64,000 bases of DNA from Chiloscyllium plagiosum. Taxonomy: Eukaryota. The notes under the pieces were generated by a model. It was not told the DNA's origin. It did no database searches and saw nothing but the letters and a program-made list of their open reading frames with translations. The DNA is taken from positions 3,006,379 to 3,070,378 of the forward strand of contig NC_057751.1 of assembly GCF_004010195.1 (NCBI RefSeq). The letters are read 5' to 3'. A program made the translations under genes and the position numbers. Below, piece by piece: positions 33,501-45,500 of this stretch (position 1 is its first letter; every line of letters begins with the position of its first letter).

Positions 33501-36500
33501 AGGAGGGTAACGTCCATCTGTATGAGAGAGGCCATTCAACCCATTGCGGCTGTGTTGCCTCATTCAAATGGCTGTTTGGTAAGTGAAGATTTTGAATAAA
33601 GGTGAAGTACTCCATGTGCTGTTTATCTGAAATAAAATCAGAAGCTCAGCAGGTCCGGCAGCATCTGTGCAGGGCAGGGTTTGAATTACTCTTTCAGCAC
33701 ACCTTCTCTCTTCTGCTCAATCCCTTCTGGAGCATGATGCACTCTTCCTTTGCTCTTTCTGATTTGTTCTCCTTGCTTCTCCTCAGCCTGTCTGCAAGAC
33801 CAAAACAAAAATCAGCTTTCCGACTCCTACTCCTCCCCCCCCCCCCCCCCCTTCAGTTGGGAATTTGGACTCAGAACATTCCCTCCCCACAGGTGCTGCC
33901 AAACCTGCTGAATCTCTGCTGTGTTTTGATTTCAGTCACAAGGTCTCTTGCTTTTTCCAGAGCGAGAGCTGATCCCACATGCCCTTGGGAAGACAGTGCC
34001 TGGTCCTCCAGATGAATGTAGGCCATCTGCCAGTGTCACACAAGACCTGGTTTCTCACTTGTTGTTGGGCACTTGGTGCCAAGTGTCTGTGTGTTCTCAT
34101 CCTGGTGGTGGCTGGGTGGGCATGTGTGGGACTGAGGTGGGTGGAGCGGGGGGGGGAGAGGATCACACAGCCTCTGCCTCTGTGTCCGCTTTGCTGACCA
34201 CCTCTTTATTCTCTCCTGCCTGTTTCCCAAAGGACGCTCTGATTCAGCAGTGTGGAGAAACCATGAAGGAGACTATCACTTCCAAGTCAGTCTGTGGCTT
34301 CTATACAGCGGCAGGGACCTACGGCCTGGACTCTGTGAAACAAAGGTAAGTTCCTGATACTGTCCTGCCGTTTGCCAGTGCTGCTTCCTTGGGCTTGTTG
34401 TTGATATTGTCCTCTCCCCGCCCCCGCCCCAATGATGCAGGTACACTTGCAGTCAGAGGAATTGTTGTTCCTGCTCACCAGCACAGAAATACCAAGGTGC
34501 AGCAGTTCCAAGCCACTCACATCTTAATTGTTCCTTTGCAGATGCTTCGAGTGGCTTTTAAACAACCTGATGACACATCAGAATGTGGAGCTGCTGAAGG
34601 ATCTCAGGTAATGACCAACCACAGCGTTTGCCGCTGGAATGTTGCTTGTGGCTAGTGAATTCAAGGTGAAATTGTGAATTACTCCTGATAAGACACGTGC
34701 TGATTGGTGCAGAGTGCGGGAGGGGTGGGGGGAGTGAGCTGGAATGTCCCATACGAATATTAANNNNNNNNNNNNNNNNNNNNNNNNNNNNNNNNNNNNN
34801 NNNNNNNNNNNNNNNNNNNNNNNNNNNNNNNNNNNNNNNNNNNNNNNNNNNNNNNNNNNNNNNNNNNNNNNNNNNNNNNNNNNNNNNNNNNNNNNNNNNN
34901 NNNNNNNNNNNNNNNNNNNNNNNNNNNNNNNNNNNNNNNNNNNNNNNNNNNNNNNNNNNNNNNNNNNNNNNNNNNNNNNNNNNNNNNNNNNNNNNNNNNN
35001 NNNNNNNNNNNNNNNNNNNNNNNNNNNNNNNNNNNNNNNNNNNNNNNNNNNNNNNNNNNNNNNNNNNNNNNNNNNNNNNNNNNNNNNNNNNNNNNNNNNN
35101 NNNNNNNNNNNNNNNNNNNNNNNNNNNNNNNNNNNNNNNNNNNNNNNNNNNNNNNNNNNNNNNNNNNNNNNNNNNNNNNNNNNNNNNNNNNNNNNNNNNN
35201 NNNNNNNNNNNNNNNNNNNNNNNNNNNNNNNNNNNNNNNNNNNNNNNNNNNNNNNNNNNNNNNCGTTCCCCTTCCCCGTTACTCATCTCATTTTGGAGCG
35301 TGTCTTTCCAACCTCACGGTTACAAAAAAACCAAGGCCCACATTGCCTTGTTCAAGGATCTGCCTCATCGCATGTTTTTACAGCAATCCTGAAAATCTTT
35401 GAGGCTGATTTCATGTGCTCACCAGTTGAGCAGGTTCTTGTTGAAAGCCTGGCTATTTGTTATGTTTGAGTTGTTCACTCTGTTCCATTCCTTTGAATTG
35501 CCATTTGCAGGTTGCAGGAAGCACTGCACTGGCAGCAGGAATGTTGGGGAGCGCTGACAGTACTCTTGTGCTGCATCGTACACTGGCTCAATGGCAGTCT
35601 GACCACAAACACAAACACAGTTGCCATCAGTAGGCCATGTGCTGTCAGAATACTTCCTGTCCCTCAGTCTGGAATTCTTTGTTTTAACAGTGGATGTTCC
35701 TTCAGCTTGTGCCCTCCTGGAATGGCCCCTTGAAACAGTTGCTGTCTGATGCAGACAACTGGCTGTCCAAACGTAGGAAAGGTGAGTATTGTCCTGATCT
35801 TTCTGGGTACAGGCTCAATCATGATCACCTCTCCTGTCTTGTCAGCCTCAGCCAAGGTGATTCCATCTGCTCATATCCTGTGGAATCTGTTTCCGTGAAG
35901 CTGACTGGCTGAAAGCTGAAACAGTTACTTGCCCATTGTGTTAGGAAGGGTATGTCAGTGTTAGTGCAGTGGGGTCAAGGTACATTGGCTGTTCATGTTC
36001 ATATGTCCTTTTGCGATGTAGATGCACTTCCCTCTTGTTGGCATTAATCTGTTTCCATTCATGGAGGCATTTACTGGGTTTGATTGCCCTCTTCTTTCCT
36101 CCCAGCAAAGGATTGAAACCGTGTCCCTGAATCATTGCCAGGTCGAGGTGAAAGATGGTTCCCCTTGCTGGAAGGAAACCCACGGAAATCTCAGCTGTCG
36201 TGTTGCCCTGCAAGATTACATAATTTGCTTTTGTCCTCGAGAGCCATTGGCTTCTCTCTTTGTGACGATGAATTCTCTGTACTTTGTGGGGAATGGCTCA
36301 CAGTGCCGCTTTGTGGGCGGCACAGTGGTTAGCACTGCTGCCTCACAGCACCAGGGACCCGGGTTCAAATCCCGACTCAGGCGACTGACTGTGTGGAGTT
36401 TGCATGTTCTCCCCGTGTCTGCGGGGGTTTCGTCCGGGTGCTCCGGTTTCCTCCCACAGTCCAAAGATGTGCAGGGTCAGGTGAATTGGCCGTGGGAAAT

Positions 36501-39500
36501 TGCCCATAGTGTTAGGTAAGGGGTAAATGTAGGGGTATGGAAGGGTTGCGCTTCGGCGGGTCGGTGTGGACTTGTTGGGCCGAAGGGCCTGTTTCCACAC
36601 TGTAATGTAATCTAATCTAAACACAGGGGGCAAGCTGAGCAGACATTGTGTTGTCACTCCTGGTCTGAGTTAGAAACAGTCCACGACCAGCACATCTGGC
36701 ATTTCGAGGGAGACTCAGTGGGGAGATTCATGATGGGATATGGCTATTAAAAATGAGGGGGGGATTTATGCAATCATAGAGATGTACAACACGGAAACAG
36801 ACACTTCAGTCCAACTTTTCCATGCCGATCAGAGATCCGAAATTAATCCAGTCCCACCTGTCAGCACATTCCATATATGCACCACCCTCTGCATGAAAAT
36901 GTTGCCCCTTAGGTCTCTCTTATCTCTTTCCCCTCTCACCCTAAACCTATGCCATCTAGTTCTGGACTCCCCGACCCGAGGAATATTTACCCTATCCATG
37001 CCCCTCCTGATTTTATAAACCTCTGTAAGGTCACCCCCCAGCCTGCGACGCTCCAGGGAAAACAGCCCCAGCCTGTACCGCCTCTCCCCATAGCTCAAAC
37101 CCTCCAACCCTGGCAACTTCCTTGTAAATCCTTTCTGGACCCTTTTGAGTTGGACAACATCCTTCCTATATCAAGGAGACCAGAATTGCACACAGTATTC
37201 TGACAGTGGCCTAACCAATGTCCTATACAGCCGCAACATGACCTCCCAATTCCTGTACACAATGCTCTGACCAATAAAGGAAAGCATACCAAATGGCTTC
37301 TTCACTATCCTATCTACCTGCAATTCCACTTTCAAGGAGTTATGAACCTGCACTCCAAGGTCTCTTTGTTCAGCAACATTCCCCTGGACCTTCCCATTAA
37401 GTGATTGAAACTTAGAGAATACTGAGAGGTATAGATCGAGTGGATGTGGAGAAGGTGTTTCAATTAGTAAGAGAGACTCTGAGCCAAGGGCCCAGCCTCC
37501 GAGTGGAGGGACAGCGTTTTCGAACTGAGATGAGGAATTTGCTCAGCTCGAGGATGGTGAATGTGTGGAAATCATTGCTGCAGAGGGCTGTGGTGGCCAA
37601 GTTATTAAGTATATGTAAAACAGGTACAGAATCGTCATTGATGAGGGGATGAAAGGGAGAAGAGACAAGAATGCTCTTGAGAAGGTTATCAGCCTTGGGG
37701 TGGCACGGTGGCTCAGCGGTTAGCACTGTTGTCTCACAGCACCAGGCTCCCAGGTTTGATTCCAGCCTTGGGTGGCTGTCTGTGTGGAGTTTGTACATTC
37801 TTCCTGTGTCTGTATGGGTTTCCTCCAGGTGCTCCAGTTTCGTCCGACAGTCCAAAGATGTGCGGGTCAGGTGAATTGGTCATGCTGAATTGCCCATAGT
37901 GTTAGGTGCATTAGTCAGAGGGAAATGGGTCTGGGTGGGTTCCTCTGCGGAGGGTCAGTGTGGACTGGTTGTGCCGAAAGGCCTGTTTCCACACTGTAGG
38001 GAATCTCATCTAAAATGTTAGAACGGCAGAGTAGACTCAGTGGGCTGAATGGTCTCATTTGCCTCATAGATCTTGTGCTCTCCACCATAACCGTGTCAAG
38101 GCTTTTTTCTTCAGTGTTCTGCTGTTCACCTCCTTCCTTGCCCACTCGAAAGGAAATGGTTTTGGCTGAGTACAATTGAGGGGGGTCTTTGCTGTCCTTC
38201 CTGTCTTTGTAGCGAGCTGCTTGTTGCATTATGCCATTGACTTGGTGTGTCTCATTGTGAGACTGTGCATGACAGCTGTGGCACAAGACAGTGTTACTCA
38301 GCACAGTGGGTTGTCAATCCAGGGATCCACTCACAGCTACACTGCTAACTGCTGGCAGTCTCCGAGTAATTAGTGGATGTGTTCCCTCACTTCAGGAGCA
38401 ATCACTTCGCACTTTAGAGACTTGAAATTCTTGCTCTGCACAATCTTCCTCCTGTTGTTCTAAGCCTTCTGACAACAGTTCTTGAACAGGTCAGACAGAT
38501 ACATTGCGAGTGTAAAATTCATCTGTCTCTGGCCACCACAAGGAGAAGTACACTGAGTATCAGTAGTTGCAGCAGGGTTACAGAGATAATGGCACTGTCT
38601 CCTGTCTACAGGAGAAGTCTCGTTTCAGGGGCATCAGCTGCTCACAGTACTGTGCTGTTAGCTGAGCCTGCCCCTTCAAACACATTGCAACGTGTTCAAC
38701 AGAAACACCTCGCCCTGGATCTGAGTTCACTGGTGAACTTATCTTCTCCCACTCAAATCCTTCGCTAAATTAGAAACATGCAGTTTGGTCATAGTTTCAC
38801 CATTAAACTTCCCCCAGACAAACAAACCAGAGCTAATCAAAAGCAAGATAGCAGAACATTGCTCGGAAGGAAATGAAATATCGTCATCATTCCTGTACTC
38901 CTTCTGCACTGGAACATGCAGTTATCCACCAGCTCCCTATCTGTTTCTCGCGATCTGATATCCACTCTCTGATGCACGCACTATGTCTCATTAGCTCTCT
39001 ACCTCTCACTCTCTCACTCTGTACTTCCCCTCTCACCTGTCCGTCTCTATCTCCCATACATGTACTGTCATCTATCTCTCACCGACTGGGAAATCGCTCG
39101 CTCTCTCTCTCTCTCTCTCTAAGTATGTCCACCTCTCTCTTGTTTTTACAGAGCACTCACTCTGTCCTGTGTCATTTGTTCTCTCTCTCTCTTTCTAAGT
39201 ATGTCCACCTCTCCCTTGTTTTTACAGAGCACTCACTCTGTCCTTTGTCATTTGTGTGTTCTTTTGACTCTATCTCTTTCCTGTCTCTGCTCTCATTCTG
39301 TCTGTCTTGCAGTCCCTCTTTCTGTCAGTTCTCTCTCTGTCTGCCTGTCTGTCCCCTCCGGTCCTGTTGCCTTCCTGTAACTCAGCCCTCTCAGTCTCAC
39401 TCTCTCAGTTGTTTGTGTTGTGTCTCTCTCAGTCGATCTTGCTGTCTATCTCTCTCACTGTGTGTGGAGTGATGGAGTGTTCAGGTCACTGGGCTGGTTG

Positions 39501-42500
39501 TCTCAAACTCCAGGCTAATGTTCTGGGAGTCAATGGTGAAACTGGGATCAGGAACAGACAAAATAACATAAGTAACTTGAGACCCATAGCCTCGAAACAG
39601 TCAGTGGATTCCCAGTAATGTGAGACTGGGCCTTGATGGGATTTTGTTTCTCTGCTTCTGCTAGCTCTCTTGATTCTGGAGCTGGAACTCCTGATTTGTT
39701 CCTCAGTCTGTTCCTTGAGTTGCTGAAGTAATGTCCCCAACGTTACATGTTTCCCATGTTAGGGAATAGGTTCAGAACTCCTCTCAGAGTATATGACCTT
39801 ATATTAAGCAATAGGAATTGAATTTGGACCTTTGGCCTCTCAAACCTGCTGTGCCATTCAATAAGATCACGGCTAATTAGACATTGCTCACATCCACTTC
39901 ACTGCACTTGCCCTGGAACTCTTGGTTTCCCTCCTGGTCAGGACTCTATCAATTCCAGGCTTAAATATCCACGCGGACTCTGACCCCACAGCTCTCTGTG
40001 GCAAGGAGTTCCAAAGTCTCTCAACCTTCACACTGAAGAAATCCCTCCTCATCTCAGTCGGAAATTGGCCCCGTTTATTCTGAGCGCATGTCCTCTGGTC
40101 TGAGATTCTCCCATGTTGGGAAATATCCTCTCAGCATTGAACCTGTCAAGCCCCTTAAGCATCCTCTATGTTTCACTGAGATTGTTCTTGTGAACTCCAG
40201 TGAGTCGAGTCCCGACGTACTTTGCTTCTGCTCATTAGACAATCCCTCCATCCCAGGGACCATCCTGGTGAGTATTCTCTGAACTGCCTCCAATGAAATG
40301 TTACCTTTCCTTTAGTAAGGGGACCAGAACTGCTCCAGATATGGCGTCACCAGCCCCTTGTACAGTTTCTGGAAGACTTGCCCCTCTTAGACTCCATGAA
40401 ATAAGGACCCACATCCCATTAGCCCTTCCTGATTACCTGCTACCCCTGTGTGCTCGCTTTCTGGGTTTCATACAAGTCACCCAGAGTCCCTTTGTATTGC
40501 AGTTTCCTGCAGCTTTGCTCAATATCGCTAATACTCTGTTCCTTTCTTTATCCTTCTGAAATGATCAACTTCACATTTTCCTATATTATTGATTTGCTAA
40601 TTTTCTTATCCACTGAGTTCACCTCTCAATCGATGTCTGTCAGTGAACTGTTTGTATGCCCCTTGGAACCTGCTTTCCCACTTATTTTTGTGTGGTCTGC
40701 AAATGTGGCCAGAGTACACTGACTTCCTTCCTCTAAGTCATGAGTACATACTGTGAATAACAGCGGTCCCAGCTCTGATTTGCTGCTCTTCTCCAAAGGA
40801 GCATTGGAGCTTTCAGGAAAAGCTTGGTCACACAGTGAGTGGTTTGGATCTGGAATGCAGGAGTGTACTGGAGGCAGCTCCATTTGATGCTTTCTCAAGT
40901 GGGCAGTTCAGTTATGATTTGGAAAAGAAGAAGATGCAGGGTAACAGAGCAAAGGGGAACAGAGTGACACTGGGTGAAGTGCAGCTGCTGTGAGCTAGGG
41001 CCGGTACAATGGGCTGAATAGCCTCCTCCTGTGCTGAAAGCATTCTGTGATCTGTTTGCTGACCGAGATGGCAGAGCAGGCTGAGCAATCCAGTTGATAT
41101 GTCTGTTTGTCCTTTCCTTCAGACAGCTGCAATTACAGTAGTTTCCTGGACTCTGAACAAGGACAGAGGTTTGCTGGGGTCTTCAGTCATCTTCGCCTTC
41201 AGTATGTCATCAATGACCTGATATCGGCAAAGATTATTGAGCGAGATATGATCATTCCTTCAGGTAAGTTTTCTGTTGCTTTGGTCAATAGTTTCTCAGT
41301 TTCTTTCTGTATGTTGACTGTATACACTGAGATTCCGATAAGATTGTCCCTCCCTCTGGGTCAAAGGTTCCCGTCAGCTCTGGGGTTTGAATCCTGCTGG
41401 GTTGAGTGGTTGACAATTAGCAGTGTCTTTGAGGAGCCCCTCAGACCTGACAGTGATGGTGCTGCTGGCTGTAAGCTGTTTGGCAACCAGAAGTCTGCTC
41501 TGTAATATGATGCAAAAATCCAAATTCATCCTCGAGTACTTCTACACTTGGGGCATTATCATCTTGCTGCACTGAGCCAGGGACAACCCAAGCTTCAACA
41601 TTCAAAAACCAAGCATGACTATGCAGATGAAAATCCAGCATTGTCTTCCAACAATCAATATGTTATTTGATGAGGTGTTAGATTGGCAGAGATAATGGTG
41701 GGGCTGAATTTCTTAGGTGAGGTGTTAAGTCATGTCATGTATGTCATTGCTTCACAGCAATGCTTTGGCAGAAGTCTGGTGTGTGTGTGTGTGTGTGTTT
41801 GTCTGTTTGTCTGTCAGTGTGACTGTGAATCTAATAGTGAGCTCTGTTTCCCAGGCTGGCTGGTTTCAGTTTACAAGCAACAGTGGTTTACCATGCTCAG
41901 GACTGAACAGGACAACGATGTAGGGTAGGTGATCTCACTTGATTTTGTTGTGGAAGAATTACTCAATGTTCTATAAAATAAATTACCGGGAGACGCAGAA
42001 AATCCTTGATAAAATTAAACTTTAATCTGCAAAATCAAAGCTGTGGCAGCCAGAAAAATGCCTTCCCTAACTGCCCACATCCTCTTTATCTTTCTGCAGT
42101 TTATCCAGTTGTTGTTCCCGTGCTTATCAGATAACATTAACACAGCCAATCATGCTTGCTTGCTTTGTCTTTCTCAAGGAATCATCATCTGCTGCACTGA
42201 TCCCTACATTACACTTAACCTATCACATTACCCCACCACCATCTTCAGCATGAGCTCATCTCCTGGTGATTTAACTAACCTACCACAGTGCACTACCATG
42301 ATCTGTTCCTGGAACCCTGTAATATGGTCCCAGGCATGCATTGCAACACGAAGTTAACTACATAACTGCCAGAATAACTTTGATCATTTCTTCCTCTGAA
42401 ATGGAGCTGAAGGTTGTGTTGTTTTGATGAAATCCCAATCTCTGTCCCAGTACGAATGGTGTGAAAGTTCAGGGTTTGGGAGGATTCACTGTTGGACAGA

Positions 42501-45500
42501 GACACAGCTGGAGCAGCTCAGAGTCTGAGCACTGCAAACTCCCAGCCTGTCTGCCTGGAATGGTGCTGAAGTCAGGCACCCACATCAGTGTTCACTGAGT
42601 TTGAGAGGAGGGGATCACATCCAAGGCTGCTGGAATGATCAAGTCAGAGGTCACACGCAGACACCAGGTTCCAGTCCACCAGGTTTACTTGAAATCACAA
42701 GCTGATTAAAAGAGCATCACTCCGAAAGCTGGTCATTTTGAATAAACCTGGTGTGGTGTGACTCGGGACTTTGTCCATCCCAGTCCAACATGGGCACCTC
42801 CACATCAGGGCTGTAAAGATAATGTAGGCACTGGTATTCCATCCCAAACCCTTTCTTCCTGGTGGTCATGAACAGCCTGCATATACTGACCAGCTGATAG
42901 CTCACCCACTTGGCCTGCACTGACAAGTCTCCATAGCCGGGCAGACCTCAGTCCGAACAGACAAACACAGAAGCTAGGTGCAAGAGGAGGCCCTTCAGCC
43001 CTTCCAGCCTCCTCCTCCATTCAACATGATCATTGCTATTGCATCCAACTCAGCTCCTTGTTCCTGCTCTCCCTTTGGTCCCTTTCACCTGAAGAACTGC
43101 AACTGTTTGTGCAGAGTGGTGGCTCAGTGGTTAGCACTTCTGCCTGACAGCGCCAGGGACCTGGGTTCGATTCTAGCCTCGGCTGACTGTCTGTGTGGAG
43201 TTAGCACATTGGCTCCTTGTCTGTGTGGGTTTCCTCCGGGTGCTCCGGTTTCCTCCCACACTCCACAGATTGGCCAAGTGAGTTGCCCATAATGCCCAGG
43301 GATGTGCATGGGAAAAGGATGGGGGCTGGGTCTGGGTGTATTGCTCTTCAAGAGGTTGATGTGAACTCGATGGGACAAGTGGCCTGCTTCACATTGAAGG
43401 GTTTCCCTGATTCAAACTCTTTATTGAAAAAATTGAATGTTTTGGCCTCAGCTGCGTTCTGTGGCAGAGAATTCCACAGGCTCCCCACTCTCTGGGTGAA
43501 GACTTATTTTCTCATCTTAGTCCAGCATAGCCCTCGTTAACCCTGGGTTTCAGCTGCCCAGACATAAGGAAAATCCTTCTTCTGTTTACCATGTTGAAGC
43601 CATTACAATTTTGTCTATTCTTCTGAAGTCCAGTTTGAACTGATCCACTCTCTCTTAGTGTGTCAGTCCTGCCATGCCAGGGATCAGTCTGGGAACCCAT
43701 CTCTCCACTCCCTCCTGAGCCTGAACATCCTTCCTCAGAGAACTGCACCCAGTCCTCCAGGTGTGGTCTCACCAAAGCCAGCAAGCCCTCCCTGCTCCTC
43801 TCCCTGTGAAGCCCTCCTCACTGCATGCTGCAGCTGCACGCTGAGTTTCAGGGCACACCTGGGTCACATTGCACCTCCCCCTCGCCCACTCTGTCGCCAT
43901 TCACATTATCATCTGCTCTGCTCTCAGATTTGGTTCCCAAACTGAATGAACCCACATTTATCCAGATTACACTGCACCTGCAATGCACTTGTCCAAATCC
44001 CAGTGAAGTATCTCTGTATCGTCCTCACTGCTCCCCCTCACACCCAGCTTTCTATGATCTGTAAACTTGGAGAGATCCCTCGTCTAAGTCAGGACTGTGT
44101 ATTAAGAATGGCTGGAGCCTTGCAGCACCCCACTCGTCATTCCCTGCCTCTGGGAAAGTGACCCTGTTTATTCCTCCTGTTTGTTTGCTGTCTGCCAGCC
44201 AGTGCTCTGTCCATGTCAGTACACAGGCCTCCGTTCCATGTGCTTTAAAGAACAGTGGGTCTGACAGACATTCCCTGTGCACCCGTACATTAAGCCTCCA
44301 TCCATTTACAGGCAGATTTATAGACATGATGGACATGTTGTGTCTGATTTTCAAAGCCTGTCCAGACCTGAGAGCAAGGAAGAAACCTCTGTTGAACATA
44401 GAACATAGAAAAGTACAGCAAAAAACAGGCCCTTTGGCCCACAATGTTGTGCCGAGACTGAATCCTAATGTAAAATATAGTAACTTAACCGACACACCCC
44501 TCAACTCACTGCTATCCATGTGCATGTCCAGCAGTCGCTTAAATGTCCCCAATGACTCTGCTTCCACCACCACCGCTGGCAACGCATTCCATGCATTCAC
44601 AACTCTCTGTGTAAAGGACCTACCTCTGACGTCTCCTTTATACTTTCCTCCTAATATCTTCAAACTATGACTCCTCGTACCAGTCAATCCTGCCCTGGGG
44701 AAAAGTCTGTGGCTATGAAGTACTTTGGTCAATCTCCAAACAGCTCAATTAAAGCCCCTCTCATTTCTCTCAAGTCTTAAAATAAGATCAGAATTATTTG
44801 CAAAGCCACAGGTTAACAGCAAACAGTCTTCAGAGAGCTGGGTCTCAGATTCACTCATCGCGATCCACTCTGGCTCTTGCCAGCTCCATCCTGTCAAACT
44901 GGGGAAATATTCAAAAGACTTCAATTCCTCACATAACTTTTAGCACCTTGAGATGTCCCAACGTGTGTCTGAGCCAGTGATTTATTTTAAAGTATAGTCA
45001 CTGATCTCAGAAGTTCCCTCCCAGCAGAATTTCACAGACATCTGAAGCAGATTTGGTGGTATACATCGACATCGTATCCCTTTTTAATAAGGAGAAGGTT
45101 ATGTATTGGAGTGCTGCAGGTAGAGGACATCTCTACAGTCTTCTCCATAACACTGGCCTGAATTTGTCACATGGCACTTTGCTCGAGCATTAAAGGTAGA
45201 TTGTATTCATTTAGTACTGACCCTCCGACAGTGAGGCACTCGCTCAGCAGTGACCCTACGACAGTGCGGCATTCCCTCAGCACTGACCCTCTGACAATGT
45301 GGCACTCCCTCAGCACTGACCCTCTGACAGTGCGTCACTCCCTCAGTACTGACTCTCTGATAGTGCCTACTCCCTCAGTACGGACCCCTCCGACAGTGCC
45401 TACTCCCTCAGCACTGACCCTCTGACAGTGCCCACTCCCTCAGCACTGACCCTCTGACAGTGCAGCACTCCCTCAGCACTGACCCTCTGACAGTGCGGTG

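Noticed and set aside
34558..35469. ORFs of 231-242 aa
   Set aside because: Artefacts of the N gap; the same applies to 45888-46716.
36314..36400. tRNA gene
   Set aside because: tRNA-derived SINE head that continues into a V-domain and LINE-like tail; the same holds for other copies.
38873..39472. 199-aa Leu/Ser/Cys-rich ORF
   Set aside because: Translation of a CT-rich low-complexity tract.
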